DNA of 64,000 nt, from NCBI RefSeq assembly GCF_009834535.1, contig NC_045697.1, forward strand, positions 9,488,001 through 9,552,000, given 5' to 3'. A model generated the notes under the pieces. The model saw only the letters and a program-made list of their open reading frames with translations. It was not told the origin of the DNA and did not search any database. Each line of letters begins with the position of its first letter. The first letter of the stretch is position 1. The DNA is from Camelus ferus. Its lineage: Eukaryota. The translations under genes were made by a program, and so were the position numbers. Positions 1-11,344 of this stretch are shown piece after piece.

Positions 1-185
1 TGTGATTTTGGTACTAAAAATATCTTTATCACAAATGTAGTATATGTTCATTGTAGGAAATTTAGAAGATGGAGAAAAATGAAGAGAAAAAAAAGCATTA
101 ATCCCTCCGCAGACAGATAACCACTATTAATAACTGAGTGTACACGCTCTGTGTTTTGCTGGTATGTAGTATCTAAAATATGTAC

Positions 186-273
186 TCTATCTTTATCCTT
201 CCTTCTTCTTCTCTTCTTTCTCCACCCTCCTTTCCTTCCACCTTTCCTCTCTTTCATCCCTTTTTCTCTCTTT
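186..273. repeat. CT-rich polypyrimidine low-complexity tract
   Basis: Almost pure C/T run; it explains the K/R-rich and F/L-rich spurious ORFs at 48-348. Confidence 0.85.
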
Positions 274-574
274 GTAAATATTTATATAGGCAGTTCTCCA
301 AAGTATAAGATGCCAAATTGTGTATACAGTGTCCCCCCTTTTGTGTAAGGACCAGAGAGAATATGACTATATATTTGTTTTTGCTTATATTTTCATAAAG
401 GATCTAGGAGCATACATAATAAAGTTGTAAAAGCGGTTTCCAGGTGGGGAGAGCTGGGGAAAACGAGGTGGATGTGGACAAAATTGGACGCAAAACGTCT
501 TCCTTTGCACTGAGTATCAGCTCATACATCATTCTTGCTTTTGCGTCAGATGACTGTATCACTAAATAAAAATA

Positions 575-1068
575 ATAATCATGGCAGGTCACACATGCCC
601 TCTTGTAAGGCGCCCTTGTGACTCCCCACCTAGAGGAGAGCCTGTTTCCCCTGTCCTCTCCGTCCTTTTGAATTCAGGGACTCTGTGAGTGCTTGTCCAA
701 CAGAGTGTCATGGAAGTGATGCTGTGTTAGTACCGGATAGAATCAATTGGCCCAGAAGCTTCCACTTCTTGCCACTGGAGAGCTGGCAGTCAAGTAAAAG
801 TGCAACTACCACTCATCCACCATGCTCGGAGAAGCTGAAGCCTGGTGAAGAAGCCAAGAAGTGTCAGGACCCCAGATATCTGAGTAAAGAAACCCCTGGG
901 TGTCCAGCTGGGACATACCCTCAGCTACAATCTCACTACAGCTGCAAGGCAGACGCCAGGTGAGTGTTGTCCAGTCAACCTGCGGAAGCTGTGAGTCACA
1001 ATCATGCATTTTATTTTAAGAAAGTCCTTCTGGGATGGGATGGCATGTAGCAATAGGTAATCTGAGCA
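575..1068 (+). mobile_element. MaLR solo LTR, MLT1 family (MLT1F/G/H-like)
   Basis: MLT1-type motifs 'ggaagtgatgctgtg' and 'agcttccacttc', and 3' end 'tgtagcaataggtaatctgagca'. Confidence 0.7.
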
Positions 1069-1139
1069 GAAATAGCACCATTTAGGTCAACAAGTATTCA
1101 CCATTCACCAATCCTGCAGGGAAAAGGTTGAGAATTTAC

Positions 1140-1348
1140 ATTTTAGGGCTGGGCTGCCTGCACTCAAATCCTGCCTACCACTCTCCTCTCTGTGTGACTT
1201 TAGACAAATTTCTTCACCTTTCTGTGCCTTCATTTTCTATAAAATGGGGAGAGTTAAACATACCTTGAAAAGATGGTATGAAAATTTAGTAATATCCAAA
1301 ATAACACCTGACACATAGAAAGTGTTCATTAAATATGAGCTATTATTA
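1140..1348 (+). mobile_element. MIR SINE
   Basis: MIR core 'tgtgtgactttagacaaatttcttcacctttctgtgccttcattttctataaaatgggga' and tail 'cctgacacatagaaagtgttcattaaatatgagctattatta'. Confidence 0.85.
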
Positions 1349-1469
1349 CATGCAAAGAATTGTGAAAAGTTTTGTCAGTTTATTTCTTAATAGTTATTTC
1401 CTAATAGTAATCTATTCCTTGAGTAAGTAATAGGCATTAGGCATTATTCCTGAAAATGCTGTAATGGAG

Positions 1470-1531
1470 ATTATATATATATATTATATATATATATAAA
1501 TATTACACATATACACACATATATATATTAC
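1470..1531. repeat. (TA)n/(CA)n AT-rich microsatellite
   Basis: Direct reading. Confidence 0.85.
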
Positions 1532-1768
1532 ATAAATAATTTTTTTGGTAAATTTGAACCTCTATGTTTATCAGTGGAATTGGACTGGAATTATATTCTT
1601 TGGACTGTCTTTCACAAGTTCACAAGATTATGTTTGCTTCATAAAATGCTCTGATTTGGAATAATTTGGATAAATTATAACTTATAGATTCCTAAAGAGT
1701 TGTAAATCCACTATACAAATGCCTGAGGATTTTTGCTTTGAATTTATCACTTTGAAAACCTTCAGTAC

Positions 1769-2247
1769 TTTTTTTTATTGAGTTACAGTCATCTTACAGT
1801 GTTGTGTCAAATTCCAGTGTAAAGCATAATTTCTCAGTTATACATGAACATACATATATCCATTGTCACATTTTTTTTTGCTGTGAGCTACCACAAGATC
1901 TTGTATATATTTCCCTGTATATATACAGTATATATACAGTATAATCTTGTTTATCTATTCTACATATGCCTTTCAGTATCTACAAATTTTGAACTCCCAA
2001 TCTATCCCTTTCCACCCCATCCCCCTTGGCAACCACAAGTTTGTATTCTATGTCTATGAGTCTGTTTCTGTTTTTCATTTATGTTCTTTTTTTTAGATTC
2101 CACATATGAGTGATCTCATTTGGTATTTCTCTTTATCTTTCTGGCTTACTTCACTTAGAATGACATTCTCCAGGGACATCTATGTTGCTGCAAACAGCAT
2201 TATGTTGTCGTTTTTCGTGGCTGAATAGTATTCCATTGTGTAAATAT
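1769..2247 (-). mobile_element. Lineage-specific (camelid-type) L1 3' end with poly(A); non-inverted arm of a 5'-inverted insertion
   Basis: polyT at 1769-1776, then antisense L1 3'UTR and ORF2 end ('ctggcttacttcacttagaatgacattctcc...ctgaatagtattccattgtgtaaatat'). Confidence 0.93.
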
Positions 2248-2827
2248 TTCTGCACAGCAAAGGAAACCATAAGTAAAACAAAACGACAGCCTACGGAGTG
2301 GGAGAAAAATTTTGCAAACAATGAAACTCACAAAGGCTTGATCTCCAGATTACATAAGTAGCTCATACGACTTAATAAGAAAAAAACAAACAAACAATCC
2401 AAAAATGGGCAGAAGACCTACACAAGCAATTTTCCAAGGAAGAAATACAAATGATCAATAGGCACATGAAAAAATGCTCAATATCACTAATTTTCAGAGA
2501 AATGCAAATCAAAACTACAATGAGGTATCATATCACACCAGTCAGAATGCCCATCATTCAAAAGTCCACAAATGACAAATGCTGGAGAGGCTGTGGAGAA
2601 AAGGGAACCCTCTTTCACTGCTGGTGGGAATGCAGTTTGGTGCAGCCACTGTGGAAAACAGTATGGAGATTCCTCAAAAGACTAGGAGTAGACTTACCAT
2701 ATGACCCAGGAATCCCACTCCTGGGCATATATCCAGAAGGAACCCTACTTCAAAAAGACACCTGCACCCCAATGTTCATAGCAGCACTATTTACAATAGC
2801 CAAGACATGGAAACAGACTAAATATCC
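2248..2827 (+). mobile_element. L1 ORF2 C-terminal fragment including the CCHC zinc knuckle; inverted arm of the same insertion
   Basis: ORF 2451-2846 translates to L1 ORF2p C-terminus ([18 protein letters not shown]...[13 protein letters not shown]...[16 protein letters not shown]). Confidence 0.95.
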
Positions 2828-4089
2828 ACCTTCTGTGCATTTTTAATTTATTCTAACCACATTGGGAAGAAATAGATGGTGTCTAATTAGGTGGTATCAT
2901 GCTTGGATCATTTGAAAATTCCATTGCCATGTAGTACCATGGAAAAGTTAAGCAGTAACATGCAACTTCACCAGCAGGTATGGTCCTATATTTTTTGCCT
3001 GGCTGTATATATAGTTCTTGTTTTTCCTTTCACTGTGTATGTCATAAGGCCATATCTAAGAATTCTAGTTTTCAGCTTTATTGATTTGATGGGTGAAACT
3101 TTCTGATTTGAACATTAATTATTCAACTTTATTTATTTCTTTCATTTCTCATCTTATTCTACACATCACTGAGTTTCCCTCATGTCATGTTTTCATCATT
3201 TCCCTTGAGTAATGGAAGTATACTTGAATCAACTTCTCAAATACAGACATATTTACTTTTCCTGGAGAAACTGATTCTATCCACTGTCTCCATCACTTCT
3301 CTCCTCAGGAAATCGTGTCTCTCAACTTTCTAAAATGTTCTGGTTTAAATCATGCCATTTCATAATCACTGTTGTTTCTGTGTTGACTCTATATCCCCTC
3401 AAATCTTATTGAGACTATGAAGGAGCAAATCCTAAAGAGAGAGAGAGTTCATGTTTTTTTGTTTTTTTCATCCAATTTCTTTCCCCACCCCACTGACTTT
3501 TTGGAATTCTTTTTCCTTCTCTTTTCATGGCCTTAATTCCAGAAGATAAATGTATTTAATATTTGGAGCTAACACTGCTGTCAAAGATGGTGCATATCTC
3601 TCTAGATAACATTCTGATTCTGACATTTGAAGTTAGAGATGATAAGGGAAAAGTCGCTGCCTGGGAGTTTGAAGCCATGAATGTGTGACCTACACTTGCT
3701 TGTCACTTCCCTTCTTTGAGCACCAAGTTTCTCTTCTAGCTGGACCAGATTAGTGTAAATGCCCTAATGTCCCTCTCTCCTTCCTTCAAGAGACTGATCA
3801 ATGGGATGAATCAGATTGATTCGACTTTTTTCCATTTATAGATTTGATATATTTTTGGGACTAGATACAAGGAGATGTAAGTAAGTGTACTGCAGTAGGG
3901 AAATGAACTTTCTAGTAACGATTCTCTTTTGCATGAGAGGTTTAGGAGCTCTGTTTCAGTGGACATTGCCTCATTTTCTTGACCTAACATGAGTACAAAC
4001 CTTTGATACTCACATTGACAGCATCCTCCCCATTCACTGAGCACTACATCCCTGCTACCTGTGGTCTCTAGCATCCAAGAAGGTGAATG

Positions 4090-4927
4090 CAGTGCCGACC
4101 AATAAAGCAGCCACTAGCCATCATGAGCAGCCATTTAAATTTAACTTAATTAAAATTCAATACAATAAAAAATCCAGTTTCTCAGTCTCATAAGTTACAT
4201 TTCAAATGCTAAGTATCACATGTGGCTAGTGACTATGATAGCCAAGACATGGAAACAACCCAAATGCCGTTCAGAAGATGAATGGATAAAGGAAATGTAA
4301 TATATACATATAATAGAATATTACTTAGCCTTAAAAAAGGAATCAAATTCTACCATTTGCAACACCATGGATGAACCTGGAGGATATTATGCTAAGTGAA
4401 ATAAGCCTGTCACAGAAGGACAAATTCTGCATGAGTCTACTTATGTGAGTTATCTAAATTAGTCAAACTCATAGAAGTGGAGAATAGAATGATGATTGCC
4501 AGGAGCCAAGAAGATAAGGGAATTGGGAGTTTTTATTCAATGGGTATAAATTTTAGTTATGCAAGTTAAATAAGTTCTAGAGATCTAATGTGTAATATAG
4601 AGTCTGTAGTTAACAATATGGTATTGTGTACTTAAAAATTTCTTAAAAGTGTAAATCTGATATTGCATTCTTATCACAAAGAAAAAAAAGGAAAGAGAAA
4701 AGGAAAAGAAAAAATGACACAGGAAACTTTTGGAGGTGATGAACATATTTAATGCCTTGATCATGGTGTTGGTATCACAAGTATATGCCTATATCCAAAA
4801 TCATCTAGCTGCATGCATTAAATGTATCTTTTTGATATACCAGTTATACCCCAATAAAACTGTTTGTTAGTGGAAAGTGTCTATTAGAATATTCTTACCA
4901 TCTCAGGAAGTACTTTTGGATGTGCTA
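4090..4927 (-). mobile_element. MER3-like hAT-Charlie element split by an L1 insertion
   Basis: 4090-4237 'cagtgccgaccaataaagcagccactagcc...cacatgtggctagtgacta'; remainder at about 4868-4927 'agaatattcttaccatctcaggaagtacttttgga'. Confidence 0.75.
4238..4865 (+). mobile_element. L1MA-type 3' end
   Basis: 'atagccaagacatggaaacaacccaaatg...atggatgaacctggaggatattatgctaagtgaaataagcc...ataccccaataaaactg'. Confidence 0.88.
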
Positions 4928-5499
4928 GGCTAGAGTAGTAAGTTTTAAACTCTCACCACCAACTTGACCTCAGCCCAGCCAGCACCTCAGCTCCTGCTCT
5001 TATGTCCTACGGGTTTTAGTGGGCTCATAATGGGCACACCTCCCACCTCCTCTCCAGGTGGGCTTCTATATACTTCCCAGGTAATCTGGTAGAAACCCCT
5101 GGAAGCTTGTGCCAAGTGGATAATCCTCTTACCTTATTTACTTATCTCATAAAGATCTCATTCTATTTTAACAGGAACTAAAGCTGAAAAGACCAGTTAC
5201 CTTAAACTCTGCACCTAAGGGCCCTGGAGGTAATACTTCATCCTACAAATTAGTCTGCATGGGAGAAAGAGGGTACATCAGGACTGACAGCCAAATCACC
5301 TTGTTGAGCTAGATGAGAAACCTGGAGTTCAAAGAAGGGTCATGACCAAGGCAGGGCAAGTCTGGGTTGTGAAGGCAGACGTCCAAACTCCCAGCCAGTG
5401 TGTCTTTCCTGTGCCATGTCAGGCTGAAGAGACAGGCTGGGACTACATGTTTAAAAGCTCAACTGTCCCATCTGCAATTTAAATGATGTGAGAAATCCA

Positions 5500-5725
5500 T
5501 CATAATAATGATAATATTAATAAAATATGTCACTTTATTCTTTGCAAAGCACTTTCTCATCTATTATGCCATCTAATCCTTAATACAATCTAGCAAGGTA
5601 ATAAAGGCAGGCAAGATTCCCCCAACTTTGCGGAAGAGTGACTGAGTCTCAGAGAGAGTGTGAGAATTGTTCAAGATCATGTAACAATTAAAGGGTTATA
5701 GAGTCAAAGCCAACATCTTGTCTTT
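5500..5725 (-). mobile_element. MIR SINE
   Basis: Antisense MIR core 'ccccaactttgcggaagagtgactgagtctcagagag...gttcaagatcatg'. Confidence 0.7.
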
Positions 5726-6131
5726 ATAAAGAAGAAAGACTGGGGTAACAGAAGGAAAGGGGGAACAGGAAGGGATAAGAAAAGGATTTAAAGGAATCTA
5801 GGAGTTAAGGACTGGAAGAATTAAAAATGCCAAACCAAGGAATTCCGCATTTGAAAGCTCAGAAGTGAAAACAAATCAAGAGGCAGATGAATGGCCAGGA
5901 TGGGTAAAGACATCCTAAAAAGTGGAAAGAAGAGAAAATCACCTCTTTGAGTTTGGCAAAATCTTCATTTTTGTTGTCTTCCATATGCACACTGGAGGCA
6001 GATATGGGTCTAATAAGCATCTAGCAATGAATCCAATATAAGACTATCTAGAAGATTCTCCTTCCTAGGTTTTCATTTAGCTTTCTTGAAGGCATTTAGG
6101 AAAGAGAAAGAGTGAGGACATTTCCCTAAAC

Positions 6132-6338
6132 CAGTGGTTCTCAACTGGGGGAGATTTGCTTCCAGGGAAAACGTCTGGAGACATTTTTGATGCTCAAGAT
6201 TTGGGGGAAGGTGCTACTGGCATCTAATGGGTGGAGGCCAAGGATGTTACTAAACACCCTGCAGTGCACAGGGAAGTCCTCCACAATGGTGGATTATCCA
6301 GCCCAAAATGTCAATAGTGCCAAATTTGAGAAACTCTG
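6132..6338 (+). mobile_element. MER20 hAT-Charlie MITE with 8-bp TSD
   Basis: Ends 'cagtggttctcaa' and 'ttgagaaactctg'; internal 'gctactggcatctaatgggtggaggccaaggatg'; TSD ccctaaac (6124-6131) / tcctaaac (6339-6346). Confidence 0.92.
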
Positions 6339-7914
6339 TCCTAAACCGACAAAACCAGTATTGTGGCTAGAGGACCCCTTTGAAGCTCTAAATTCTGGCT
6401 AAGCTCATGCCATCCCTGACTGTCTGAGACAGAGTCTTCAAAAAAGAGGACAGAGGATGACACTAAGGACAATGACGTCCTTTTCCCAGCAACATGGACG
6501 TAGCAGCCCTTGAGAACTGGTGTCCCTACAGAATCAACTGATGCACATTCTCAGAAAGAGTGTGACCCTTCAATCCAGTGCTGAGATTAGGGTCCTGGAG
6601 CTGGGGTTGAGGAGTAATTTTAATACAGAGAATGTCCTTGAGAAAGTGGAGGGGAATGCATGGGTCTGAAGCTCCTGTGGTGAAAGCACTGTGATTCCAG
6701 AAGAGGCTTGATTTGGGAGTCAGAACAGTCATCTCTTTCTCACTGTGCCCAAATAACCTAGGTGCTATGAGATGGGTTAAAAGGTACCAGGTTGGGGAGC
6801 AGATAAGCTAAGAATCAATCCCTGCCTATCTCTTACTATTTTTGTGGCCTCCAATAACTCCCCTAGCCACTTTTGGTTTTCTTTCCTAGGTAAGTTGAAC
6901 ATCATAGTGGCAAGACAATTTTCAGGGGAACATGAAGGATGGGAAGTCACATAAAGTTCATGCAACTAATTCACTGTGACTGTGAGTCCCATGACTTTTT
7001 CACTCTCCCCTTTCACTGAGCCAAGTGTTCCTTACTGATAAAGTCAAATCCTTGAGCCAATTCCTTTCCAAAATCCTTTCTAGCCTGAGAATCTAAAATG
7101 TTGTGAGGCTTTCCTGGAACTTTCAGGCTTCTGGGCTGCTGATATTTGTCATTGTCATTCAAAGAATGAGAGCTGTCCATCTCCTTAGGTGATAGATTTT
7201 TCTATTGTTTTTGAAATTTTACCTTACTCCAATTTGCAAGCTCTGATGCCAGCCACCACACCTAACTCAGGCATGATCTGAACCTGACAACTGTTTACAT
7301 CACCCTAGCCTATCTTAGGTCTGGAGGGAGCACACACATCTCTCTGTTACAATGACATCAGAGGCTGCCAGCTGAGTACCTGGAGTATTTCTAATAGGAA
7401 GACATTGTGTAACAGGAAAGAAGTGGATGATTTATTATAGGAGAAAAATTTTAGTAGAATGAAGTTTTCACTTTGAAATTTAGCACAGGTAATTATTTTT
7501 ATTAAAGAAAATGCACATAAGTAAAAAGAAGAAAATGAAACTGTCCATAATTCTACCATCTAGAGGTCACTAATATAATATTTAGGTATAATTCATTCCA
7601 AGTGGTAGATAAGTCATACTGTGCAGTTCCATAATCTGCATTTTCCCTTAGCAATATATCATGAACATTTTCTAGGTCAATTCATATAGCCCTGCTCTCA
7701 CCTTTTAAATGGTTTCAGGTTGTGCTTTTCTGGAATGTGCAGTAATTAATTTATCTAGTTTATATTGGTGGCATTTGAGTTCTAATTTTTAGCTATCATC
7801 AACTATATGAAAAAAATACCCTGTATCTACATCTTTCTATATTTGTCCAATCATCAACTTAGAATAAATTCCCATGAAAGTGGAAATTCCATGTGAAAAA
7901 GAGGGAGACTTAAA

Positions 7915-8003
7915 AATTTTGTTCATCTTTTTATCTCCAGTGTCTTTAACTGTAGTATCTGGCATATAATACAACCTCAATGTATATTTTTTGACTGAAT
8001 AAA
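7915..8003 (+). mobile_element. L2 3' end
   Basis: 'tttgttcatctttttatctccagtg...gtatctggcatataat...ttgactgaataaa'. Confidence 0.65.
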
Positions 8004-8485
8004 CATTTTGAAGTAGAATTACTGAGTCAGAGAGTATGCATATTTTAACATACATTGTCAAGTTGTATACAGATATATAGCCCCATCAACAATATCTGGG
8101 GGTGCCTGCTTTTCTTTGCTCTTGCCAGTATTGGAAATCATCATTTCAACCTTTGTCAAAATAATAGGCAAATGATCATCTCACTTTACTCTTCTCTTAG
8201 ATTTTGTATGGTACGAAATTTATTTACTTATGTTATTCACCCTATATATTTTTTATTTCTTCATGTTCTTTGCCCATTTTGCATTGAGGTTTTCGTCTTT
8301 TTCATATTTATTTGTAAGTACTCTATATATTTAGGATATATTGACACTTTGTTTGCCCTTGGCATGTTAAAGACATTTTACTTGCTGCTATCTGACTTTT
8401 AACTTTATTTATCGTGTATTTCTTATACATATACACACATTGTTTGAGCTAAAATATTTTCATCTATTTCTTTGTGCTTGAGGAG

Positions 8486-8770
8486 AGAGTTGCACAAACT
8501 CAAATGCCTTCAGGACCAGAAAGGTAACAGAAATGTGTAAAAGGACTATGTGTATGACCATCTAATATTTTGGTACTGAGACAAAGCATAAATGGTTTGC
8601 ATTTGGGAATCCCATTTCAATTTTTTTTCCTTTCTTTCCTTCCTCCCTCCCTCCCTCTTTCTACTCTCCCCTCCCCCACTCTCTCTTTCTTTCTGTTGAA
8701 ATTCTCTTGGCCAAGCTGAATGCACCTGTGGGCAGGATTTGAGTCAGGCATCATCAGCTTGTGACATCTG
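8486..8770 (-). mobile_element. MER102-like hAT-Charlie element
   Basis: 'caaactcaaatgccttcaggaccag' at one end and 'ggccaagctgaatgcacctgtgggcaggattt...gcttgtgacatctg' at the other. Confidence 0.65.
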
Positions 8771-9754
8771 CTCTCATGACTCCTTGGGTTTCTGCCCAAT
8801 CTTACCCAATACAGGACTGGGAGATTAGATGTCAATACTGATACAGATATTGATCTAGATATAGATATATCCACATCATCGTGATGCATTTTTTAATATC
8901 TGTCTCTTTTTAGATTCATACTTTAAATTCATCTGAAATTCATTTTAAAGGACAGTGTGATAGATGGATTTGACTTTGGTTTCTAAATGAATAGCCATTT
9001 GTCTCAATACCATTTTTTGAAGTTTCCCTTTTCCCCCAGGGACTCTAAAGGCACATTGCTACTATATACCAATTTCTTATTTAAATAAAAGTCTGTTGCT
9101 GTGTGTTCTGTCCTTTCCTGTCAGTTTCTCTATCTCTAACTTTGTCCATTCCACTGCGTCTCTATTCACTCTGCTGTATCTCTATAGGCAATCTTTAGTA
9201 CAGCAACCCCTTAAGTCACCCTATGCAGCTCCCCAGATCATTATATTTTTTCACAGAAGCATACTGGGTATTTTTATGCATGTTATTTCTCCAGATAAAC
9301 AATTTGTCAAGTGGAAATTTTGACTAGAATAGGGCTAAATCTGTATTTCTGAAGAACTAACACAGCAGAAACTGAGGTTTTTTTAATCTGGTAACATTAC
9401 ATATATCCATTAAATTTTCTCTCATGCACTTGGATACAGTTTTGTAGTTTTATTCACCAAAGTCAAAATTTTGCACCTTTCTTGTTAATTTATAACTAGG
9501 TATTTAAAATTATATTGTTATTTAAAATAAGATATATATATATAGAGAGAGAAATACATACATATGAATTACAAGAATGAGTATAGGTATAAACATGCAC
9601 ACACACAACAACCACAATTTTATTGCATTTTCTGTAACCTTCTCAAAATGTTAAATATCAGTATTGAGACCAGTCACGTTTGCCTAGGATCTTATACTGG
9701 ATTTTAGTGACAGTGTTTGTAATACTCATAAAGGCTTACTGCATAAGTAAATCC

Positions 9755-9980
9755 TACTTTTAAGCCAGTCTGGCTGAGTTCAAATGACAGCTCCATTGTT
9801 TCATAATGTATGATCTTGGCAAAGTTGCATCACCTCTTTTTTCCTCAATTTTTTTTAATCTGTGAAAAGAGAAAAGCAATATTACCTACCTAGAGGTGTT
9901 TTGAGTAGTAAGTGAGCTAATTAATATATGGAGAAGTACTTAGAGCAGTTCCTGGCACGTAGCAAATGCTCGGTGCTAGA
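9755..9980 (+). mobile_element. MIR SINE
   Basis: 'tgatcttggcaaagttgcatcacctct...atctgtgaaa...cttagagcagttcctggcacgtagcaaatgctc'. Confidence 0.85.
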
Positions 9981-10655
9981 ATTCATTAGTAAGCATGATA
10001 TTCACTGTTAGATTCTAATACCTACTTTATCATGCTGGGGATTTTTTTTCCCTCCATGATTAATCTACTAAAGGATTTTGAAAATCAATAATAGATACCT
10101 AATTTTATTAATAGACATCCAGCAACCTATCAGGAAGTTCAAAACTATTTTTGTCTTTTCTCTCCTTTTGCAATAAATGTCAGTAATAATTACTTAATGT
10201 TGAAACAACCTTGAGTCTTCAGAAAAGATCCTTCTTTGATGTATAGATTATTCTTTTAACACACCATTAAGTTCAGTTTGTTGTTCTTTTGTGATTATTG
10301 TGCTGTGCATATATTTTACTTCTTTGTAATTCAATTTTGTCATACAAATTATCCTAGAAAATTATCTGTTGTGTTGACCTATTCAAATTTGCTAGCATAA
10401 AATTGTAACTATAAATCTCTTATAATTCATAAACTTCCTGCCCATATATATATATAATTTCCCATTTTAAAATTTCTGCAACTATATACTTATGTTTTCT
10501 GTTTTGAATAAACTTTTAAAATATGTTTATTTTATAAGTTATTTATAAAATAACTGGAAGAATAAGTATTTTACAGTACAAAAAATCTCTCTATATATAT
10601 ATAAAATCATAAAATATATTCAGTGAATTCAATTCCTTCTATCTTCCACCCTACC

Positions 10656-11116
10656 TGCATTAGTTAGATATTGCTGTGTAACAAATCAGTTAAACTAAAA
10701 TTCAGTGACTGAACACAATAAGTACTATTATTAGTCAGCAGTCTGGATCAGCTGGGCCACTCTTCCAGTCTGGGTTGGGCTAAGCTATTGTGGCTGGTAT
10801 TGCTGATGGGAAAGCTATCATCTATTGGTTTAGGTGGGGACTGGCTGGACTAACACAGCCTCAGCAAGGCTTGTTCACATAGTGGTCACAGTGGCCAAAC
10901 GAAAGATAAAAAATGAGCAAGGATTTTTTAGGCCTGGCCTTGGAACTTGCAAGACATCACTGTTGCCACATTCTAGAAGTCAAAGCGAGTTAAAAAAAAA
11001 AGTAGCCAAAATTCAGGTGAAAGAGAAAGTTTTCCTGGCTTGGTTGGAGGAGCTGTAAAGTTACATTGCAAGTAGAAGAAAACAATTTCAGACATTTTGG
11101 CAATAGATCTATTGCA
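10656..11116 (-). mobile_element. MaLR solo LTR (MLT1G/H-like)
   Basis: Starts 'tgcattagttagatattgctgtgtaacaaat'; internal 'catcactgttgccacattcta'; TG...CA termini. Confidence 0.75.
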
Positions 11117-11147
11117 CTAAGTAATGAAGAAAAGACTCATGTCGTAT

Positions 11148-11184
11148 ACACACAGACACACACACACACACACACACACACACA
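11148..11184. repeat. (CA)n microsatellite with one interruption
   Basis: Direct reading. Confidence 0.95.
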
Positions 11185-11344
11185 TCTTATGCAGGCTTGA
11201 GTATCTGAGATTATCTGTAAAATGCTTCATTGTTTTCCCACACAGTTTAGTGTCATCCATCCTGGAAGTCCACATATTGCTTTTATACATTGTTTTTTCA
11301 GTCTTACATGCCTCTTATATGTTTCTCAAGAAGTTACATGTGGA

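Larger units (their letters stand above)
1545..3500 (-). mobile_element. Highly diverged L1M ORF2 fragments (antisense), interrupted by the younger L1 at 1769-2827
   Basis: 'cctctatgtttatcagtggaattggactgg...gattatgtttgcttcataaaatg...tttggaataatttgg' resembles antisense L1 ORF2; T-rich decayed sequence continues after 2846. Confidence 0.5.
7450..10560 (-). mobile_element. Fragmented ancient L1ME, antisense, interrupted by L2, MER102 and MIR pieces
   Basis: Antisense L1ME motifs 'agaattactgagtcagagagtatgcatatttta', 'tttgcccatttt', 'ttttgactagaatagggctaaatctgta'. Confidence 0.6.

Noticed and set aside
2451..2846. 131-aa ORF with a Cys/His motif as a host gene
   Set aside because: It is the L1 ORF2p C-terminal zinc-knuckle region inside a truncated, inverted insertion.
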